This document shows positions 56,901-64,000 of a stretch of 64,000 nt of DNA, piece by piece. The notes beneath the pieces are model-generated. The model searched no databases. It was not told the origin of the DNA and saw only the letters and a program-made list of their open reading frames with translations. How positions within the stretch are numbered: the stretch's first letter is position 1; each line of letters starts with the position of its first letter. Source of the DNA: Gemmatimonadota bacterium (GTDB taxonomy: Bacteria; Gemmatimonadota; Gemmatimonadetes; Gemmatimonadales; Gemmatimonadaceae); NCBI GenBank assembly GCA_023249305.1, contig JAHFCU010000004.1, positions 10,399 through 74,398 on the forward strand. The letters are read 5' to 3'. Both the position numbers and the translations under genes were made by a program.

Positions 56901-57207
56901 TGGCGGTGCGGGTGGCGGCGCGGGTGGCGGCGCGGGTGGTGGCGCGGGTGGTGGCGCGGGTGGCGCCGGCGGCGCTGGTGGCGGACCCGGTGGACGCGGA
57001 CCGCAGGCGGTGCGCCAGCGCCTCGGCACGCTGCTCTCGGTCTATGCGAGCTCGGGGGCACGCACGGGCACGATGTCGCCGCCGACTGGTGCGATGCGCA
57101 CGACGCTCATCGAGGCGAAGAACGAACTGTCCACGATCGAGCGGGAATTCGCGGACGCGGTCAAGTCGACGAAGCCGACGCCATCGCCAGCCCCGAAGTC
57201 GCCCTAA
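53989..57207 (+). CDS. sortilin/VPS10-like BNR (Asp-box) repeat beta-propeller protein with Gly-rich inserts
   Basis: ORF 53842..57207, trimmed to GTG 53989, just past the preceding gene. It has a signal peptide. There are many Asp-box motifs (S.DGG.TW: TTDGGDSW, TTDAGRTW, TTDGGATW, TEDAGATW, STDGGATW, THDSGAHW). Confidence 0.8.
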   Translation: MRRAPRRALIAAIAALAAVLPHVAGAQARAPFDALHFREIGPAATGGRIHDVQIDPRNPAVLYVASASGGIWKSTNKGLTWKDIFVGQPDNTFGALAIFDGDTRIIWAGTGEQNNRQSSSWGGGVYRTTDGGDSWSFLGLHDTRSIGRVVAHPTDPAVAWVAAVGNLWKPTAERGVFKTTDAGRTWTKVLYVDSLTGATDLVMDPHNSQVLYAATYQRLRKTFGFNGGGPGSAIYKTTDGGATWTKLENGVPAGDRGRIGLAIAQSRPDVLIATIEHATAGGTYRTEDAGATWKRMSAANPRPMYYSKPTIDPTNSLRVWLPGTYIVKSENGGATFEEAPTSPTYDVGLKTDHHVLLVDPANPSHIYVGGDGGLHESFDMGKTYIRLNNIPIGQIYKIAVDDRDPYWIYAGFQDNHSFMGPSATRHWLGILNQDWFEIGFSDGTGKAVDKADWRRVYSSSSGGNLSLADPVTGDVMGITPRPPQGEPPYRFDWDAPVIASRHTGGTVYLGGNRLFISKDYGSSWTRTDDLTRSINRDTLVMMGVKNRDIRLSRNDGDAISEITAIAESPLDAKILWVGTDDGNVQLSTDGGATWSNLSANIRGAPDGAYVGEIVASAASRATAYVAIDAHRDGDFAPYLVRTTDFGQSWSAVTSGLPRDDASVRALTEYPGKANVLFAGTERALFVTHDSGAHWNKLSANLPTTRYDDILVHPRTKDLVLGTHGRSLWLLDDASPIAEWTPELAAKRAHLFAVPRATLTLYWEDVSNMAHYFYAAENPAEGAAFTYHLAQPAKQVRLLVTTKDGKALREIAGPTAAGVIHRVQWDLRYPLPTGAARLGGGGGGGEEGGGGGGPGAQRAGVVQLPIPAHDIAARGPMVAPGAFKVSLEVDGVIVESRSFDVRADPASTLKLADHKAREAFAVEVMQKLAHMDSLAARIGAKRAASTGAEAERLQALEQRLVGGRGVFGGGAGGGAGGGAGGGAGGGAGGGAGGAGGAGGGPGGRGPQAVRQRLGTLLSVYASSGARTGTMSPPTGAMRTTLIEAKNELSTIEREFADAVKSTKPTPSPAPKSP

Positions 57208-57228
57208 CGCATCAATGGGTGCTCGCGC

Positions 57229-57250
57229 CGCGTGCCGCTACCGGCACGCG
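57229..57250. terminator. hairpin between convergent genes
   Basis: The stem is CGCGTGCCG and CGGCACGCG with loop CTAC (9-bp perfect stem). There is no U-tract. Confidence 0.4.
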
Positions 57251-57253
57251 ACG

Positions 57254-59903
57254 CTACTCGGTGCCGCCTTCGTCAAGCGTCTCCCGTACGCGGCGGGTCA
57301 ACGCTTCCTGAGAGAACGGCTTCGGGATGAAGTGCAGGCCAGACTCGAGCACGCCGCGATTCGCCTCCACGTCGGCCGCATACCCTGACATAAACAGCCG
57401 CTTCATGCCGGGATACAGCGCGAGGAGGTGTTGCGCGAGGTCGCTCCCGTTCATCTCCGGCATCACCACATCGGTAATGAGCAACTGAATTTCTCCCGGA
57501 TGCTCCGCGGCGATGCGTATCGCCTCTCCCGGAGAGCCCGCGCGAAGCACGCGATACCCCTGCCGCTCGAGCATCCGCGCGGTGAGCGCGAGGAGGCCCG
57601 GTTCGTCCTCGGCCAGCAGGATCGTCTCCTGCCCCCGCAGTCCCCCGGGCGACAGCCCGGGTGACGCCGCCCGCGGATCCTCGCCCACATGCCGCGGCAG
57701 GTAGATGCCGATGGAACTACCGCTCCCCAGACTGCTCGACACGTCGACGAAGCCGTCGTTCTGGCGCACGATGCCCCACACCGTGGCAAGGCCGAGTCCG
57801 GTGCCCTTCCCAACGGCTTTCGTCGTGTAGAACGGCTCGAACAGGTGCGAGAGCGTTTCCGTGCTCATGCCGACGCCGTTGTCCGTCACGGACAACAGCA
57901 CATACTCGCCTGCGGCCACTTCCGGATGCATCGCCAGCTCAGCCGCCGTGAACGTGCGATGCGTTGTTTCAATCACGAGCCGGCCCGGACCGGTGATGGC
58001 ATCGCGCGCATTGACGCAAAGGTTGGCCAGAATCTGGTCCACCTGCGACGGATCGACCTTCACCGGCCAGAGCGACGGCTGCGGCTTCCATTCGATGGTG
58101 ATATCCTCGCCGATGAGTCGCTCGAGCATCTTCAGCATGCCGGTTACGGTGTCGTTCAGGTCGAGCACCTTCGGCGCCACGGCTTGTCGGCGCGCGAAGG
58201 CCAGCAGCTGGCGCGTGAGCTCCACCGAACGCACGGCCGCGCGCCGCACCTCCTCGAGGTCCTCGCGCAGCGGGTCGCCCGCCGCCACCTGCTCGAGTGC
58301 AATGTCCACGTTGCCGAGGATGACGCCCAACATGTTGTTGAAGTCGTGCGCGACGCCGCCTGCCAGCCGTCCCACCGATTCCATCTTCTGCGCCTCGGTT
58401 CGCGTCGCCCACCTCGACCTGCATGTTGACCGCGACATCGAAGATGCTTCGATCCTTGCGGCGATGCCGTGACTCGAAGCGGTCCTGCCCGCTTGCCGCG
58501 AGCCTCGACAGGTGGCTCGCGATCTCAGCGGGCGATTCGTTGGCTTCGATGTCCGCAACGTGCATTTCCAGCAGATCGGCCACGCCGTAGCCGCTCATCG
58601 TCGCGTACGCTTCGTTGACCTCGAGGAGGCGCCCCTCCCTGTCGGCCAGCACAAAACCGTCCATCGCCGTCTGCAGGATGGCACGGTGCCGCTCTTCGCT
58701 TTGCCGTAATGCCTCCTCGGCAGCTCGACGCTCCGTGATGTCCTGGATCGTGCCGGTCATCGCCACGACGGCACCGTCCCGTCGCTCGAGCTCGCCCAGT
58801 CCGTGCACCCATCGCACCGCGCCGTCGCTCGGCCGGACGATGCGGTACTCGTTGTCGAACAACACCCCGCGCCCAATCACCTCCTGCTCGAGGTACCGCG
58901 TCATGCGCTCCCGATCCTCTGGGTGGATAAGGGCGATCCAGTCGCTGATCGGATGCTCCGACGCCTGCGTGATGCCGAAAATCTGGTCTAGCACGCGGGA
59001 CGACCGCCACGTCGCCACCACGAAGTCAGCGCGATACGAGCCGATGTGCGCCACGCGCTGCGACTCGCGGAAGAAATACTCATTCTCGCGCAACGCGGCA
59101 TCCTTCGCGTGTTGCTCGGTCACATCGCGCGACACCGTGACCATCGCCGGCGCGCCGTCGAAGAGTACGACGACACCTTGCACTTCCACCATCACGCGCG
59201 TGCCGTCCGCGCAGACGGCGCCAAGCTCCACGGCCGGCGTCGTCGTGCCGACACCACGCGCCACGGCCGCCTGCGTGCGCTGTCGAACGAACTCCCGGTG
59301 TTCGGGCGCCGTGAAGTCGAACACCGAGGCGCCGATCAGCGCCGGCAACGATGGTGTGCGATACAACGTGAGTGCCGCGGCGTTCGCGAACAGCACACGG
59401 CCATCGCGATGCACGATGATCGGGACCGGTGACCACTCGAGGAGCGTACGGTAGCGCAATTCACTCTCGTGCAGTGCCTGCTCGATACGCTTGCGCTCCG
59501 AGATGTCGCGGGAGACGCCGAACAGGCCGATCACCGTGCCGTGGGCGTCCTTCACCGGTCCCTTGGTGGTCAGAAACGTCCGCGGCACACCGCCCAACTC
59601 CAGCGTGTCCTCGGTGGTCTTCGTGACACCCAATGCCATGATCTCGGCATCGATCGCCATCGTCGCCCGGGCCTGTTCCGGCGAGTGCAGCACCCTGTCG
59701 TCGTGGCCGATGATTGCATCGCGCGGCATGCCCGCAAGGCGGCATACTGCCGCGCTGATCAGCACGTACCGGCCACGCGTGTCCTTGAGGTAAATGGCAT
59801 CGGTCGTACCCTCCGCCACCGACTCCAGGATCGTCTGACCCCGAAGCAGTTGCTCGGTCGGGCCCGGGGCTACTGCCACCACCTTTCGCTTCCGCGTGCT
59901 CAT
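57254..59903 (-). pseudogene. PAS(x4)-HisKA-HATPase-receiver hybrid sensor histidine kinase, reading frame broken near 58395-58420
   Basis: ORF 57969..60152 (true start ATG 59903) carries four PAS modules, then turns to nonsense after ...FDVAVNMQVEVGD. ORF 57254..58558 becomes meaningful from ...TEAQKMESVGRLAGGVAHDFNN (H-box) through the N/G boxes and a receiver domain (LLITDVVMP). The two frames are offset by +1. Confidence 0.75.
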
Positions 59904-60049
59904 CGTCCGACCTCTCCACGATTCGGCGGCAGGAGCAACTCGACTGCAATCTCCACGCGGGGGGTGCCCCCAGCAAGGTACGGCCGACCCGTCGCCCCAC
60001 GCGACATCGCACGGTAAATTCGCGCCACACCCGACTGCTTCGGAGCCCC

Positions 60050-61534
60050 ATGCCCTGTATCCTGGCTCTCGACCAAGGAACCACCAGCTCGCGGGCAATC
60101 CTCTTCGATCACGAAGGCGGCATCGTCGCCGTCGCGCAATGCGAGTTCCCACAGCTGTTCCCGAAGCCCGGTTGGGTCGAGCATGACCCGGCCGACATCT
60201 GGTCCACGCAACTTGCCGTCGCCGCCGAGGTGATGCGCAAGGCCAATCTCACCGCGACAGACATCGCGGCCATTGGCATCACCAACCAGCGCGAAACCAC
60301 GATCGTGTGGGATCGCGACACGGGCGTCCCCGTCGGCAACGCGATTGTCTGGCAGGACCGGCGCACCGCGTCGTTCTGCGACGCGCTCAAGAAGCGCAAG
60401 CTCGACCGCGTGATCCGCCGCAAGACAGGCCTGGTGGTGGATGCCTATTTCTCGGCGACCAAAGTGCAGTGGATCCTGCGGCACGTCCCCGGTGCGCGTA
60501 CGAAGGCGAAGGCCGGCAAGCTCGCCTTCGGCACCGTGGATTCGTGGCTCGTCTGGAATCTCACGGGCGGTCTGGTGCACGTCACCGACGCGAGCAATGC
60601 GTCGCGCACGATGCTCTATGACATCCGCCGCGGTGACTGGGACGACGACCTCCTGAGGATCTTCGGCGTGCCGCGCTCAATGCTGCCGGACGTTCGCTCG
60701 TCGAGCGAGGTATACGGGCGCACGACGCTCCTCGGCGGTTCGATCCCCATTGCCGGCATCGCCGGCGACCAGCAGGCCGCGCTCTTCGGCCAGGTCTGCA
60801 CGAAGCCGGGGATGGTGAAGAGCACCTACGGCACCGGTTGCTTCATGCTGATGAACACCGGCATCGCGCCCATCGCCTCACGGAACAACCTCCTCACGAC
60901 GGTGGCTTGGCGCATCGGCAATCGCACGGAGTACGCGCTCGAGGGGAGCATCTTCATCGCCGGCGCGGTTGTGCAGTGGCTGCGCGACGGACTCGGGATC
61001 ATCCGCTCGTCCGCTGAGGTGGAGTCGCTCGCAGCATCCGTTCCGGATACGCATGGCGTGTATCTCGTCCCTGCGTTCGCCGGACTCGGAGCGCCGCACT
61101 GGGACCAGTACGCGCGCGGCCTTCTCGCGGGAATTACGCGCGGCGCGACTCGCGCGCATATCGCGCGCGCTGCACTCGAGGGCATCGCCCTGCAGGTGAT
61201 GGACGTGCTCCACGCCATGGAAGCCGACGCCGGCATCCACCTCAGGGAACTGCGCGTGGATGGCGGTGCGTGCAGCAACAACCTGCTCATGCAGATGCAG
61301 GCCGACGTGCTGAACGTGCCCGTCGTGCGGCCGATGGTCGCCGAGACGACGGCACTCGGCGCGGCGTATCTCGCGGGTCTCGCCGTCGGTTTCTGGCAGA
61401 ATCAGGCCGACATCGCGCGGCATTGGCGGGCCGATCGCCGATTCGCACCGCTAATGAAACCGGCGGCGAGAAAGACACTCGCCGCCGGCTGGATCAAGGC
61501 GCTGAAGCGCGCCAAGGGGTGGGAGGCACCATAG
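60050..61534 (+). CDS. glpK: glycerol kinase
   Basis: 494 aa. The sequence reads [17 protein letters not shown] ... GWVEHDP..IW ... [11 protein letters not shown] ... [14 protein letters not shown]. Confidence 0.95.
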   Translation: MPCILALDQGTTSSRAILFDHEGGIVAVAQCEFPQLFPKPGWVEHDPADIWSTQLAVAAEVMRKANLTATDIAAIGITNQRETTIVWDRDTGVPVGNAIVWQDRRTASFCDALKKRKLDRVIRRKTGLVVDAYFSATKVQWILRHVPGARTKAKAGKLAFGTVDSWLVWNLTGGLVHVTDASNASRTMLYDIRRGDWDDDLLRIFGVPRSMLPDVRSSSEVYGRTTLLGGSIPIAGIAGDQQAALFGQVCTKPGMVKSTYGTGCFMLMNTGIAPIASRNNLLTTVAWRIGNRTEYALEGSIFIAGAVVQWLRDGLGIIRSSAEVESLAASVPDTHGVYLVPAFAGLGAPHWDQYARGLLAGITRGATRAHIARAALEGIALQVMDVLHAMEADAGIHLRELRVDGGACSNNLLMQMQADVLNVPVVRPMVAETTALGAAYLAGLAVGFWQNQADIARHWRADRRFAPLMKPAARKTLAAGWIKALKRAKGWEAP

Positions 61535-61544
61535 CGCCGCCCGG

Positions 61545-61961
61545 TCAGTTCACAACCACGGTGCCGCGCATTCCCGAGTGCAGGGTGCAATTGAAGCCGA
61601 ACGTCCCCGCGGTCGAGAAGGCGCGAGCCACTGAACCGCTTGACTGGGTGGCGATGTTGGCAGGGGCACCCGTCACTGCGTCGAAGTTCACGTTGTGCTC
61701 GGCCTGGAATGTGAACGTCACGGTAGTCCCCTTCGCGACGGAGAGGCTGGTCGGATTGAAGGCGTTTGACGCGGTCCCGATGATCTCGTTCGTCGCTGGC
61801 ACCGATGGCGTGCTCGGTGTTCCGCCGGTCGGCGTGCCTGGCGTTGTATACGGCGACGTGGGGTCGCCGCTGTTACCGCCGCCCGGGCCACCGCCTCCGC
61901 CGCACGCCACGAGGAGGGCAAGCACGAGCACGACGGGGCCGGACCGTTTCATGGGGGGCAC
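61545..61961 (-). CDS. cupredoxin (plastocyanin/azurin-family blue copper) lipoprotein
   Basis: 138 aa. The lipobox is LLVAC, followed by a Gly/Pro/Thr linker. Putative copper ligands are H (AEHNV) and C..H..M (FNCTLHSGMRGTVVV). The start is either GTG 61961 or ATG 61952. Confidence 0.7.
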   Translation of the reverse strand: MPPMKRSGPVVLVLALLVACGGGGGPGGGNSGDPTSPYTTPGTPTGGTPSTPSVPATNEIIGTASNAFNPTSLSVAKGTTVTFTFQAEHNVNFDAVTGAPANIATQSSGSVARAFSTAGTFGFNCTLHSGMRGTVVVN

Positions 61962-62205
61962 GGTACCTCCGGGGGGAAGAGGATCTTTTCTTACTACTAA
62001 GCATCTTACATCTTGACCAGTCGGGATGCCAGTCCTGAACTACTACCCCGATTTCATGAGAGCCGATCCAGTACTGCGCCTTGCAACGTTCTCGCTGCGC
62101 AGCGCCTCCTGTATGCCGACTGACGGCTCAGTTCGTCCGTGACCTGGCTCACACACGCGGCCCCCTCGCCGCGGCTTTTCGCGCGGCGCTGCTCGCGCGG
62201 ACTTG

Positions 62206-62391
62206 TCAGTCGTCCGTTGGGGCGTCCGCCGCCGGCGTCTCGCCCGCTTCCTCTGGTGCGGCGGCACCTTCATCCACCGCGCTGTCCGGCGCGTTCCCGC
62301 GCTCGCGCTTGCGCGCGAGCTTCTCCAAGCGCTTTTGCTGGCGGGCCAGTTCTTTCTGACGCTTCTGGAAATTGAAGTTCGGCCTTGCCAC
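62206..62391 (-). CDS. candidate small protein (61 aa), basic N-terminus and acidic C-terminus
   Basis: This is the tail of ORF 62206..62829. GTG 62391 is preceded by GGAG 7 nt upstream. The sequence is VARPNFNFQKRQKELARQQKRLEKLARKRERGNAPDSAVDEGAAAPEEAGETPAADAPTDD. The upstream part of the long ORF overlaps the decarboxylase gene in another frame. Confidence 0.35.
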   Translation of the reverse strand: MARPNFNFQKRQKELARQQKRLEKLARKRERGNAPDSAVDEGAAAPEEAGETPAADAPTDD

Positions 62392-62528
62392 GCATGCGCT
62401 CCGTCGGGGATGCTGAAACATACCGAGTGGTACACGCAGGCGCAGGCCAGTCTCGTCGAGCGTCAGCTCGGCACGGTTCTTCCGCGAATGCCCAAGGCGC
62501 CGCGCGTATTGGGGCCCGGCGATTCGGG

Positions 62529-63980
62529 TTATGACGCCAGGATGCGCTCTGCTTCCTCTGCCAACTGCGCCACGCACGCTTCCATTTCCCCTGCCCTCGT
62601 GCGAAAGCTCAGCACACAGACGCGCGCCAAGTGCCGGCCGGCCACGGTGCAACCGGTCAGCATCACCCGGCCTCTCGCCGTCACCCGCTCCATCAGCGCC
62701 GCAGTCGCCGCATTGCGCGCGTCGAGTGTGGCGAGCTTCGGCCCCTCGAGATGAAAGGCGAAGAGCGACAGTTGCGGCCACGCATCCATCACGACGCCCG
62801 GAATCTGCGCCACGCGTTCCGCCGCCCACACGGCCAGCGCGCGCTTCTCGGCGATCGCCGCACGGTAGCGCGCGGCCCCGAACAGCTTGAGGGCCAGCCA
62901 GACTCTGAGCCCCGGAAACCCGCGCGACAGTTCGGGACCGTACTGGCTGGGATCGTAGAACTCGTCAGTGCTCGCCGGCAAGTAACCCGCCGTCGCCGTG
63001 TGCACGGCGCGTAGCGCTGAGCCGTCGCGCACCAGCAGCGCTCCTGTGCCGTAGGGCAGAAACATCCCCTTGTGCGGATCGAGCGTGAGCGAGTCGGCGC
63101 GCGGCAGGCCGGCCAGCAGCGGCCGCAACTCAGGCACGGCGTGGAAGAATGCGCCGTACGCGCCATCGACGTGGTGCCACATCCCCTCCGCGGCGCACAC
63201 GTCGGCGATCGCGTCCAGTGGGTCAACCGCGCCGGTGTTCGTGGTGCCCGCCGACGACACCACCATGAACGGCCGCCGGCCCGCCATGCGATCAGCGGCG
63301 ATCGCCGCCTTGAGCACGTCCGCGCGCATGCGGTACTGCGCGTCGGCGGAAATCAAGCGAACGCGATCCGCAAAGATGCCAGCCAGCTTTGCAGATTTCT
63401 CGATCGAGTGATGTCCCTGATCGGACGTGTACAACGTCCCCCCGCGGATGTCCGTTCCGAGGTACCGTTCGCGCGCGCAGAGGATGGCGTTGAGCGTCGC
63501 CATCGAGCCGCCGGGGGTCAGCAAGCCGCTCGTCCCTTCGGGGAAGCACATCCACTCGCGCAGCCACTCGAGCACATTGGCCTCGAGTTGCACCAGCGCG
63601 GGCGCCGCTTGCCACACGCCGGTGTAGCGGTTGGTCGTGTCGGCGATGAAGTCGGCCAGCGCGGCGGGATAGACGCCGCCACCGGGGATGTAGGCCAGAT
63701 ATCCGGGACCCGGCGTCGTGAACGACCGCGGGATCAGTTCGTCGAACAGATGTTCAAGCAGCAGCTCGAAATCCGCTCCACGCTCTGGGATTGGTTCGCG
63801 AAGCGCACGGCAGAGGGCCGCGGCGTCCACGTCGCCTCGGCTCGGCTGGTCGCTGAGCGAGGCGAGGTGCGCGACGGCGCGATCCACGACGGCGCGACCC
63901 ATCGCCCGCATCACGTCGGGCGAGAGCTCAAGGTTCGCGTCCGCCGCCGCGGGCGTCCGTGCAGAAGAAGCGTCTGACAT
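62529..63980 (-). CDS. group II pyridoxal-dependent (aromatic-L-amino-acid type) decarboxylase
   Basis: 483 aa. The sequence reads SSAGTTNTGAVDP ... WHHVDGAYG ... LDPHKGMFLPYGTG (PLP lysine). Confidence 0.85.
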   Translation of the reverse strand: MSDASSARTPAAADANLELSPDVMRAMGRAVVDRAVAHLASLSDQPSRGDVDAAALCRALREPIPERGADFELLLEHLFDELIPRSFTTPGPGYLAYIPGGGVYPAALADFIADTTNRYTGVWQAAPALVQLEANVLEWLREWMCFPEGTSGLLTPGGSMATLNAILCARERYLGTDIRGGTLYTSDQGHHSIEKSAKLAGIFADRVRLISADAQYRMRADVLKAAIAADRMAGRRPFMVVSSAGTTNTGAVDPLDAIADVCAAEGMWHHVDGAYGAFFHAVPELRPLLAGLPRADSLTLDPHKGMFLPYGTGALLVRDGSALRAVHTATAGYLPASTDEFYDPSQYGPELSRGFPGLRVWLALKLFGAARYRAAIAEKRALAVWAAERVAQIPGVVMDAWPQLSLFAFHLEGPKLATLDARNAATAALMERVTARGRVMLTGCTVAGRHLARVCVLSFRTRAGEMEACVAQLAEEAERILAS

Positions 63981-64000
63981 GTCCGGAAAGATACCGCCGC

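Noticed and set aside
62043-62435. 130-aa ORF (MYHSVCFSIPDG...) and the overlapping plus-strand ORFs 62081..62754.
   Set aside because: Their composition is biased (Arg/Ser/Ala-rich), they have no motifs and no ribosome-binding site. They compete with the better-supported small ORF at 62206..62391, which is itself only tentative.

Overview
This is a GC-rich bacterial chromosomal segment, by eye about two-thirds G+C with strong third-position GC bias. I call about 50 protein-coding genes and no rRNA, tRNA or CRISPR. The gene content suggests a Gemmatimonadota- or Acidobacteriota-like organism, but taxonomy cannot be settled from the sequence alone. That content includes CarboxypepD_reg-type TonB-dependent receptors, a SusC/SusD pair with DUF4397, many secreted beta-propeller/BNR proteins and a stand-alone four-helix-bundle gene.

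Main blocks:
- 0.2-6.5 kb: a rhodanese gene and a giant outer-membrane receptor operon.
- 6.7-10.1 kb: a nitronate monooxygenase, then a methionine-gamma-lyase-family gene divergent from an Lrp regulator.
- 10.1-22.5 kb: a phenylacetate (paa) catabolic cluster, paaABCD ... paaGHJYZ plus an enoyl-CoA hydratase. It is split by a 3-kb insert carrying a four-helix-bundle gene and a fused E1 alpha/beta dehydrogenase.
- 22.5-24.6 kb: an acetoacetyl-CoA synthetase interrupted by an in-frame TAG.
- 24.7-31.6 kb: OmpA, SusC, SusD and DUF4397.
- 31.8-37 kb: dinB, DUF192, a D-aminoacylase and an M20 peptidase.
- 36.8-39.6 kb: Hpt, a receiver domain and a Ser/Thr kinase.
- 39.6-47.8 kb: dut, two unknown secreted proteins, a HEAT/HD-GYP pair and an orphan FabH.
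- 47.9-51 kb: a cytochrome c - HNH - GMC oxidoreductase operon.
- 51.1-57.2 kb: two large secreted beta-propeller proteins.
- 57.3-59.9 kb: a disrupted PAS hybrid histidine kinase.
- 60-64 kb: glpK, a cupredoxin, a small ORF and a PLP decarboxylase.

The most unusual signals are non-coding:
- Three related arrays of 10-bp tandem repeats. Two enclose the four-helix-bundle gene as an inverted pair, and the outer pair brackets the 3-kb insert in the paa cluster.
- A dispersed low-GC repeat family with core TTGGATTCAGGATTGCGA.

All functional calls rest on motif and family recognition by eye. No database search, HMM or folding program was run.
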